A stretch of 63,998 bases of DNA, filler included, from Intoshia linei (lineage: Eukaryota > Animalia > Orthonectida), in the NCBI GenBank assembly GCA_001642005.1. It is 7 parts of 7 records of this genome, joined end to end, with 100 filler letters (N's around TTAATTAATTAA, not from the genome) between each part and the next. Parts side by side here need not be neighbours in the genome. Positions count along the whole stretch, not along the records: positions 52,444 to 62,857 come from LWCA01001280.1; positions 62,958 to 63,998 come from LWCA01002835.1; 5 more parts are not named here. One strand, 5' to 3'. The notes beneath the pieces were generated by a model, which was not told where the DNA came from, searched no databases, and saw only the letters and a program-made list of their open reading frames with translations. Both the position numbers and the translations under genes were made by a program. This document shows, piece after piece, positions 53,657 through 63,998 of this stretch (the stretch's first letter is position 1; every line of letters begins with the position of its first letter).

Positions 53657-56600
53657 ATGGATTATTTAAAAAGATGCAAGTTGATAGAACAGTTGGATGC
53701 TAATATACATGAAAAAAATAAAAATGTAGCACTACGCTTTACCAATGGAAATTTTAATACTTATGATTTGAGTTATAGTGAATTATCTGTAAAAATCAAT
53801 GAGGTAATATTAAAGGTTGACAAGTCATATCTATCTAGTTGAAACTTTTATTAAAAGAAAAACTTGAATGTGATGAAAACAAATTGGGTATAATGGTCTT
53901 TGCTGATGATGAAATTTGTTTACCCATGTGCATATTATCGTAATTGAACATATTTTTTGGATAAATTACATTTTAGGCTAATCTACTTACAAATACCTTA
54001 CTACTATGTAGATAAGCCCAATATTAAATTTTCCTTCAGTGTGTGTATGAAGTTGGACATTAAATTTTATTTACTCAATGAAATACATTCCAAGGTCATT
54101 ATTAGCTAAAATGATTCCGTATTATGGCAGTAGTTAATGCATATGTGCTTTAAACTCATAATACCACCCTCATCCTCATTATTATGATTATATTTTATAA
54201 TTTTAGATTTTTGAAAGACAATTATTTCTTTTTGGAATTAATATTGTAGAAAAGTATCAATTGACTAGTTTCAAATTATACAATTTAATTATTTATAAAT
54301 TGGATTTTAATAATGTAAATTTGGTCGTTGAAAAGGATTTTTCTCTTAAAGAAATTGAAAATGATTCCAAATCAATCATGTTCCATGTTACAACTTCGGG
54401 TAGCACTGGAAACCCCAAAATTGTTTCTGTTACTTATAATAGTATTGTACCCAATATATCCAATTTTATGTAATTTTTTATGTAAAAATTTTGAATTAAT
54501 AATCGTTTGTATTGATAGTAAAACGACTAGTGTTTAAATTTGCGATTTGTGCTGTCTAGTGTTTCAACTTTACCGAATAAAATTTTTACTACCTGTAAAT
54601 TACCGGTAATTACTTTTTAAAGGATATCTTAAATCAGGAATTCTCAGCCCTTTTTCACTCTGAACCCTACGATGATATTAAAAAAACCTGTGAATCCAAA
54701 AAATAATATAAATTACATCATTTACTTATATAAAATTTTATGTGTGTGTATTATTGTTTATTTATAAAAACCCCACTTGATAATACAGCTTTTCAAGAGT
54801 GATGCAGCATCGCAAAGTTATTCAAGGTAAAAAACCCAATTTCACCTTATTTTAAAAATAAAACCAACCCTACAAGTAAAAAAAACACATTTCCTCTGAA
54901 TCGTTTGAAAATCATTAATTTTAAATGTACTTAATGATTCGTAATCATTCATTAAATTTTAAAAAAAGGCAATTTGTGGTTTTGGTCGTGAAAATGCACT
55001 TTTTTGAAGTTTGCATTTATTATAATGTTTATGATTTTAAAAACTATCCCAGAATTTATGTTTTATAAGATTTTAGGATATGTTTCATTTTTTAAACATA
55101 GGGTTATTTGTGGTTTTTACCATGACATATAACACACACACATTAAATGTTATATAAGTGATGAATATATAATTATTGTTTTTACGTTTATATGGAGAAT
55201 TTAATATATTCACTTTAATTTAGTGGTAATAGAAATAAGATATTCAATTAGATGGCTTTAATTAGAAATAATTACTATCGTTGCAGAAATATCATTTTTC
55301 ACTTTTTTATTTCTCCAAATAAATTTTCATGGACCCTAAAAAAATGCTGTGGACCGGTTGAGAATGGCTGGCGTAGATCATCTTTAAATAGAATAAACTA
55401 TAATAAACAATATAATTGCTTGTACGATGAAGAATTGATAGGGAATACATAAAAACAATTTCACATGCAATTTTTCATTATAAATACACTATAAAAATTG
55501 TTACCAATAGATCAGAATTAAAAATAAACATTGATGTCACTTCAAAAATTTGTCTGAATTGTTGAAATGATAAACTTTTTTTATTTTTTTTTTTGAAATT
55601 AAAAATGAAATGAATTAAATTTCAATGCAAGTTAGAATAGCTTCTACAACCAAACATTAAAAGCACAAACCTTTTCAGTCTTTCAGAAGTAAAATAGGAT
55701 TTTTAAAAAACATATTCATTAAAAAGTATTAGAAGACAATCTTGAGCGTCTTTTTGTAAGAAAATATCAAGTAGCTGAAAACGCCCCTTCACCTCGTTTA
55801 CCAATTGCTTCAAAAAATTTAAAATCTTTATCTATGTCGACATTAGATGATAAAATTATAAATGTGAAAATAGATGAAGTGTATATTTACAATATTGAAT
55901 CAGTTCAGAATGAAACTCTCAGAAACTATGTAATATGAATATTTTTAAAATTACCGGTAATAATGTACCGATATTGAAACACTAGTTTTGTCGATATCAG
56001 CTTTATTTTGTTGATTCGTTATAGTTCTAATACAGGGGTGCACAACCTTTTTACCAATTCAGCCATAATGCTACTTTTCTCATTGATACTACGGCCGCAC
56101 AAAATTTACTTCGACATTGAGAAATTTTACTCTGGATCTAAATTTTAGGTCTAATAAAATAGTTTTCTTTAAATTTTAATATTAGCAAGTTTTAATTAAT
56201 AATTTTCAATTAAAATTAATCCTTAATTCACTTATATAAATTAACACCATATTTGTCATTTATCTGAATCGGAATAAATAACAATAGTAGGATTAATGCA
56301 GTGCTTCTCATGGGAGTTATTGGTCACCCCAAGGGGTGAATACGAAAATTTAGATGATTTTAGGCGAATCTACAATTTTCAACATATTTCATTAAACCAA
56401 CAGAGAAAAAACCAAAATTTTACCAACCCTTAACGAAGAAATTCCTTTTTACCAATATTTTTTTTATAAATCCATTTTTACCATAGTTTTAGAATAAAAA
56501 CTACCCTATTTGATTCCAAAAGAAAAAACCAAATTTTACCAACCCTTAAGGAAAAAAATCGCTTTTACCAATATTTTTATGAAAAATCCCATTTTAATAA

Positions 56601-59600
56601 ATTTTTAGATCAATAATTCTTCTGACTGATTCCATAAGAAAAAACCTGATTTTAAAAAAATTTGAAAAATCTCCTTTTACTAACATTTTTTTGAAAAAAC
56701 ATTAATCATTAATTTTTTGGTAAATAATTAATAATAATTGGACAACGGAAAAAAGTTCTATTAAAAATCGATTTGTTGATAAATGAGAGTGGAAGATATA
56801 AAAAAAATAGCAATGACTGCCTTGATTTTGTGTGCTGTTCGCTAAAATTTGAGAAACTGGGGCAAAGTCAAGAATGTAACTTTTTGATTAAAATATTTTA
56901 AATAGACCTTGAATAAAATCTCATGTTAACTTTTCAATTTGAAGTAAAATGATATATTGCATTATGATGAGATGTATTGCCCACGGCTGCACGTTGTGCA
57001 CCACTGTTCTAATACATCCAATATTATCTGATTGACACTATAATGAATACAATATTTTAATAATTTATATTAGAGAATTATACAAATTAACAGTCGACGA
57101 TGAATTGATTATGATATGTCCCATGACATTTGACGCTTCTATTGTTCAAGTTCTAGTAATGCTTATTGTCGGAGGAAGAATTAATTATATAGAGCGTGAT
57201 AAATTTTTGGAATACAAGTTTTTATATGAAACCATTTTTGAAAAATGCTATACCACAATATTCCAGGTTAATATAATTATAATGTATACTATTATCTATT
57301 TAATAAATATTAATAAACTTACTTATAATACAAAGCTTCTAAATTTAAGGGGTGTCAATTATGCGGCCCGCGGGTCATTTAAGGCACCCAATTATGGAAT
57401 GTGCTGCGGAAATTATGACCCGCATTATAACAAAATTTTTTACCCATATTTTTTTTTAGATATTTTTGATAGATTTTTTATTCCTGATTCCAATTTCAGC
57501 ATTAGTTATGCTCTTATTTCATTATTGTTTCTTATTTAATTTTATTAATTTATTAAAACTGTAGTTTAATAATGATTTGAGTAAAGATATTTTTTTGCAG
57601 CCGCGCAATAATTTTTTTTTCACATTTGGCCCGTCAAGCAAATTAAGTCTGACACCCCTGTTATAAATACATTATTAGACTTTTAAAACGATGCAATTTT
57701 ATACTGAACCAACATTTGGTTACCAACTATACAACTGTAGTTTACTTCAAATTTATGTACGCTGGGGGGGTTTCACACTTTGGAAATCATTAGAAATTAT
57801 ACTAAATTTAGTATAAAATTTGTGATTTTCTATAAAAATCAACGAAAAATGGTTCGAAAAATATTTTCATGAAACCATTTTCCCACCACATAATAACACT
57901 AAATATATTTGAACCTAAATTTCTCCTTTAGGTAGACTCTTAAAATTACTAATATATACTACAGTGATATCTCGTTCTTGTCATGTTCGATTACTTCAAT
58001 TTTAGTTTATTTGGAGTTAATCGTAAATCCAAAATTACATATATATCATTGCAAAAAATATTTTTGGCTTAAAATTGTTTCTTAATAAACTAAAATTTAA
58101 GTAATCGAACATGACGAGAACAAGATATCACTGTATATACAAAATTTAATCATGCAAAAAATTTTCAGCTAAATATAATTTTGAAGCGGACAAGTCATTT
58201 ATAATTTTCTCATATAAATGTTTTATAAAAATTAATTTAATAATAAATTATTCAATAATTTATAATCCAAAATTAATATTGAATAATTAATAATTATGAA
58301 TTAGTAGGGTTGAGAATTTTAGAAACAATGGAAAATTATTCACACTAATATTAATTTATATCCAAACTGGTATGGCTATTTACATTATACTTACATATTA
58401 TATATAAACCTATGCATATTTTCTTTCAAATATCAATTATTATAAAAATTTTTATAATTATTGATATAGTGCAGAAAAAGATAGTGACAGAGGACGTTAG
58501 CAACATTTGAGAAGATTATTTGAGAAGTTAAAGAAATCCAGTTTTATCAACGTTGTAAGTAAATATAACTTCATAGAAATTCTTTATGCTTAAGGCTTAA
58601 GATTAAATGTATCAAATAAAATTAACAATCTTTTTTAGCTAAAATATATATTGGTGACCCTTTGTTTGAAAAAGGCTGATGTAAATTACAGTGAACCATA
58701 AAAATGTATAATATTATATGCTCTTTAGATTTCTCCATCTTTGTTAAAGAATTTAATTGATTATTTCAATGAAAATGTGAAATGTGAAGAAAAACAGTAC
58801 ATGATTCCTGAAAATGGAATAATTCGAAATATTGGTATAGGTGGGGAAAAGTTTCCTTCTTGTGATTTAATGAAAGGCGTTATTCATCCAAATAATCAAT
58901 GTTGTCAATTTTTCAATTTATATGGATTAACCGAAGTTTCTGCGTGGGCTTCTTCCAAAAAAATTATTGACATGTTTAATATTTATATTTATAACGAATA
59001 TTCATTTTAATTTAGTCGAAATTATGAAAAAGTTGATTTGGGTGATCTTTTTTATGAAACGAAATTCTGTTTGGAAGAACAAAATGATAATTGTTATAAA
59101 TTGATTATAGGTAATATGTTATCATTTTGTTTGGGGCAATTCGTGCAATGGGTAAATTAACCCGGTTATACAGGTCATGCATGACAAGTTTCGTTTAATA
59201 TTTAATGATAATGTACAATGTAAGATGTACTAAGTACATTTTACTTATAAGGTGACGTTATTACCTATTTGTTAACTTTTATATTGTTTTTGTTATTCTA
59301 CCAAAATGAGTTTTATTTACTATAATTGTTAATAATATTTAGACAGTGAACGAAAATGTTACATCAACGGTAAACGTGCACCAAGTTTGTTTGATACTGG
59401 AGATATAGTTCAACGAGATGGCGATAAAATATACTTTGTATCTAGAGATAATCAATTAATTAAAATACACACTAAAAAATTCAACTTAAATCAAATTGAA
59501 GAGGTTATTTTTCATTTTCTCAGAGGTTCTAACTCATTTATTCTGGTTTTCACGAAATTTATTTTGAAGTTTATTTATCGTTTTTGGGTTAATTATGAAG

Positions 59601-61634
59601 ACTAAAAACCCAAATTAAATGAGCTAGACCTGAATTTAAAATAAAAAAATGTAATAAAAAAAGTGCTAAACCCATTAATGACAAAAGATTCATAGAAACA
59701 AACCAAAACAGATACACATAATCTGCGCCGAACCTGGCAAGCTCGATACCAAATCAAACGATAAAATGTATAATGGGCCCTATAAAAACTCCGAAACGAC
59801 TCGTAGTGTCATATAACCCTTAGTCACCTCTCTGAAGCTAAGAACATCCTTACTTATCAAATGAAACTGAATTAATGCTAAATTATTTTTTTAATATGTA
59901 TAAAAATAATTTCAGGGTTTTGTAACTATGAAAAGGTAAACTTTGACAAAGTTTGTCAGGCAAACACTATTTTATGGTTATTAGTTAAACCGTTACGAAA
60001 AAAAACAGGATAACCTTAATTATAAAATAAGATTTCCTGGTATTAAATAAATCAACCAATACATGGCAACCTTCAATTTTACTATTAAAATCATCTTTAT
60101 TAGCAAATGTTATATTCATATTTTCATAATAAACAACAGTATAATTCAGAGTTGACAGAAAATTGCTCCACGGAGCAGTTCTATTATATTGACTCCAATT
60201 TCATAAGTTTTATGTGTATCAGCTCCGTTTCAAATAATTTTTTAAGAAAGATACGCTATGACCGTTTAAATCACGAGAATTAATTTTTGCCTTTTCCAGT
60301 ACATTTAATTTTTTCCAAGTGGCTTTATCAAGATTATATTATTATAAATATTACTACATACATCTATATTAATAATCAAAATTATTTACCTATTTAAATT
60401 TAAATATAAATATAAATTATATAACTTATAATTTATAAGTAACTTTTTCCAAAAAATAATCCATGTTTAGTTTGTTGTTTAATGTTATTTTAAATTACTG
60501 GTCAAATATATCCCACGAACAAAAAAGTATTCGAATGTTTCTTAAGTATTTTATAGTTTTTTCCAGCATTGTAGATATGTACTTTTGCCAAAATTTGTAT
60601 TTTAAATGTAACTTGGAATAAGCTAAAATTGAAGTAATATTTTTTCTCGTCAAACTAGTTTATTGACTTATTTAATCGTTAATTAGTATTATTAGTAGTA
60701 TTATTAATTAATTTATATCAGTGATGGCAAAGTATGTGTTTGCGTGTAAAAAATATACACTTGAAAAAATATATAAGTTCACTTCAAATAAAAAATATTA
60801 CTAAAATTAGTGAGATCAGAAATTGAAGTAATAGAACGAAATAGACTTACAAAATCATTTGAAGATGTTACCTACTTTGACTAATCAAATATGTTATTAG
60901 AAGTTTGGAATTCTATGCCTGAAACAATTAATAGTCTGAAATGTCTAGCTAAATCTATATTAACTATATTTTTATCTACATATTCTTGTGAATCGTTATT
61001 TTTCACATTGAATAATGTCAAAAATCATAAAAGGATTAGACTTCGCGATGAAAATAGTTTGGCTTGTGTAGCGTTAAAATCAACAAGTTATGAACCTCCC
61101 ATTGGAAAAACTTGCAGCTCAATTTTTTAAATCTAAATAAATGTAAAAATTATTTTTTTAACTTATTTTCCATTATCAAGTTGTTCGACTTAATTGACGG
61201 TTTTGATTGACCTAATATTTTTTTAATAAAAACACACTAGAAAAAAATTTCTTTAAATAACATTAAATTTAACACACCTAGTTTTAGTTGGCTGACATCA
61301 CTGCTATACATTATATTGGTATCATTATGCTTGCAATGTAATGTTTATTATATCAAAAATATTATTTTGCAATAAAACTTACCTTGCATATAACTAAATT
61401 TAAATTATAATTATAAAGAATTATTATAAATTTATACATTACAGACAATACACAACATACTCAATATACACAATGTGGTTGTATTCCACAATCAAACTAT
61501 TGTAGCTTTCATTGAAACATGCGAACAAGTTATCAATACAAATGTTCTCAACAATAATATGAAATTTTATCTACCAGATTATATGATTCCTAAAAAATAT
61601 ATTTTTCTGGATAAATTTCCTTTGAATAATAACG
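53657..61634 (+). CDS. AASDH: Beta-alanine-activating enzyme AASDH/ACSF4 (NRPS-like), adenylation domain; 3' part not in this contig
   Basis: Exons 53657-53803, 53839-53939, 53977-54094, 54207-54469, 57074-57266, 58729-58973, 59016-59110, 59343-59503 and 61445-61634. Motifs TTSGSTGNPKIVSV..SIVPNI, PMTFDASIV, GGEKFPS, FNLYGLTEVSAWA, DTGD, LPDYMIP..FPLNNNG. Confidence 0.88.
54557..55984. mobile_element. Non-autonomous hAT element carrying nested insertions
   Basis: TIRs TAGTGTTTCAA / TTGAAACACTA with subterminal ttaccggtaa; TSD gtgctgtc / gttttgtc. The same terminus also occurs at 646. Confidence 0.6.
56033..57006. mobile_element. hAT MITE with a perfect 8-bp TSD, containing a nested element with ~120-bp tandem repeats
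   Basis: TTCTAATA|CAGGGGTGCACAAC ... GTTGTGCACCACTG|TTCTAATA. Confidence 0.85.
57962..58133. mobile_element. pogo/Tigger-like palindromic MITE; second copy at 62575-62746
   Basis: TA|CAGTGATATCT...AGATATCACTG|TA with ~50-bp TIRs. Confidence 0.85.
60719..61303 (+). mobile_element. Deleted hAT (Buster/EPM2AIP1-like) element retaining the dimerisation-domain ORF
   Basis: TIRs CAGTGATGGCA / TGACATCACTG; ORF 60891-61130 WNSMPE..LKCLAKSILTIFLSTYSCESLF..KNHKRIRL. Confidence 0.75.
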
Positions 61635-62957
61635 GTAATAACATATATTACTATTAATGTAATTATTCTCTCAATAGTAGTTTTTATTTTATTAAAACGA
61701 TTATAATACAGTATAATATATAGTTCATGTAATATATTATGCATGTTTAAATATTTAACGTTTAATATTTCTTAATTATTAGAGCATAGTAGCCATTGCT
61801 ATCCATTTTTCACTACCGTAATTGATTGCCATTGTAAATTTTTTACATTCTGTAATGAATTTTGAAAATATTTCAGAAAATTCATTTCGAAAACTATCCA
61901 AAATGTGAGAAAAAAGCTATAATTAATTAATTAATTATTAATTAAAATTTTGATGGAAGATATTTTATGTTCTGTGAATAATTTTTATCAAAAAGTTAAA
62001 ACGTGTATCTTTACGATAAAAAGGTTAGACATATAAAAAAAACTACATTACATGAAATTAATATAGATAACATGATATATAAGGTGACTAATCACCAGTG
62101 GCGAATCTAGGATTTTCAGCCAAGGGGCCAAATAATTATTAAACACACAAACGCATATAATTTATATATGTTTTTTCTAGTTTTCATTTTACTAAATTTT
62201 TCAATAATGATAATTCAAATACTGCCCCCTGCACCCCACCTAGATCCGCTACTGCTAGTCACTAATGTATTTGTCTTCCAAATGACTAATTTATTATTAG
62301 AAATTTTGAAATATAATTTAATTTAATTAAAAACTAACATGTACAATAGGGTGTCACATTTTATAAAAACTTTTTAGCTTGTGATAAACCTGTCAGTTAG
62401 AAAATGTGTATTTTTTAAAAAAAACTATCTGATGATTAATTTTGAGAATGCTCAATTAACGAAATTGCGGTAATCAATTAAGTAATTAATAAAACATAGA
62501 ATAATAAATTATTGCATATTGGTAGATTTAATACTTTTAGATTTGTTATTAATTAGTAATTGATAAGCTTAATACAGTGATATCTCGATATAGTCACGTT
62601 CAATTACTTAAATTTTCGTTTATTTATAAACAATTTTAAGCCAAAAATATTTTTTGCAATCATAGATATGTAATTTTGGCTTTACATTTAACTGTAAATA
62701 AACTAAAATTGAAATAATCGAACGTGACTATATCGAGTTATCACTGTATATTAATTAGTCGTATATAATTAATTCTGCCTTGATTAAGGATGATTCTATT
62801 AAGGATTAAGGATGATTCTATTCTATGCCATTTACAAATGTATCCAAACATAATACANNNNNNNNNNNNNNNNNNNNNNNNNNNNNNNNNNNNNNNNNNN
62901 NTTAATTAATTAANNNNNNNNNNNNNNNNNNNNNNNNNNNNNNNNNNNNNNNNNNNN

Positions 62958-63998
62958 TAATAAAGATACAAACGATTGACCCAAAGATCAAGGCATTGTT
63001 CAAGAAATTTAAAGCTGTCAGCGTCACACCACACCACATAAAGAAAGGGTGTTTATTTATAGATAAACTTGATGACCTGTTCGAATGTGCAAAGATGGAC
63101 CAGTCCAAAGCGCTTGGTGAAGATCTATGTTTTAAAGGCACAACGAAAAGGATTCGGGTCGATGGGTAGCTGCTCCACCCTTCCACACAAATACGAAAAT
63201 ACATTCGAAGAAACAAAGCTACTGGACAAGTGCCGGCAAAGCAAATATGTTAAGTTGCAGGCGGGATGCTACTCTATGGATGATTTCATTTGCGATTCTA
63301 GCCTTATTGACTCGTATCAAGAGATCGAAATAAATGAAAAGTGGAGCGAATTTGAGAATCTGTGACTCTCAGAATGTATCAAACAGAGCAGCAGCATCAT
63401 TCCTGGACGTATCCTATGAAACTATTCGCAGGAGAAGGAAACACCAAAAATTTCATGACTATGCTTACGTACAGAAAGAAGTGGAAAAAATGATGTCCGT
63501 TGTAGTTAATGGAAATGATGAAAATTAAAAGATCGCGTAATTGGTATATGTTATGATACAACAGCTTCTAACACTGGAAGCATGCGAGGAAGTGTCCATT
63601 ATCTCAATACATTTATGAAGCAAGACCTAGTACTCCTCCCGTGCCGTTATCACATATTAGAGTTGATATTGAGGTCTGTATTAATTGAAGTATTTTGTAC
63701 GTCCCCAACACCGAATATAACAGGTTATGCTTTCATCAAGAAAGTTTCTGAAACCTACAAGGAAAATAGTAAAACGTTTTATGGTCCACATGAAGTCCCA
63801 CAAATTGAGGCTGATGTAATTGATTCTTGGCATGCCAGATCAACAATTTTATCAAGAGCCAAAAACCTGCGCGACGGTTATAAAGAATGTTGTGACCTCT
63901 TATTAACTGTGATATTTGGTGGTCCAATAACCCTTAGAAAACCTGGAGCGGTATCGAAAGCTCGATGGATGTCAAGTATTTTGTACTCTACGAAATCA
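62958..63998 (+). pseudogene. Degenerate hAT-superfamily (hATm-like) transposase
   Basis: Frameshifted pieces FIDKLDDLFE, VSNRAAASFL, ICYDTTASNTG..LLPCRYHILELIL, RKPGAVSKARWMSSILY. Confidence 0.7.

Overview
Very AT-rich, intron-containing animal genomic DNA with many minimal 32-42 nt GT-AG introns. This is consistent with a genome-reduced invertebrate such as the orthonectid Intoshia; that attribution is an inference and is not shown by the sequence. The window is seven contigs joined by artificial N-TTAATTAATTAA-N linkers. Spliced genes reconstructed by hand: POLR3F/RPC6 (-), SREBP (+), PARL rhomboid (+), a delta-type phospholipase C (+), two tandem C-terminally truncated SLC22 transporters (+), part of an EML/WD40 gene (-), orphan coiled-coil exons (+) and the adenylation-domain half of AASDH (+). 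Introns and intergenic DNA are full of a non-autonomous Helitron-like family, hAT, pogo and piggyBac MITEs, and decayed hAT and MULE transposases. The most striking signal is invisible to ORF finders: three arrays of symmetric phase-1 micro-exons. These are a Pro-rich run of alternating 12/9-nt exons (201-606), a Gln/Asn-rich run of 12-54 nt exons (1840-3838) and a run of about ten single-codon-length (3-nt) exons (21389-22208). The architecture is reminiscent of schistosome micro-exon genes (MEGs).
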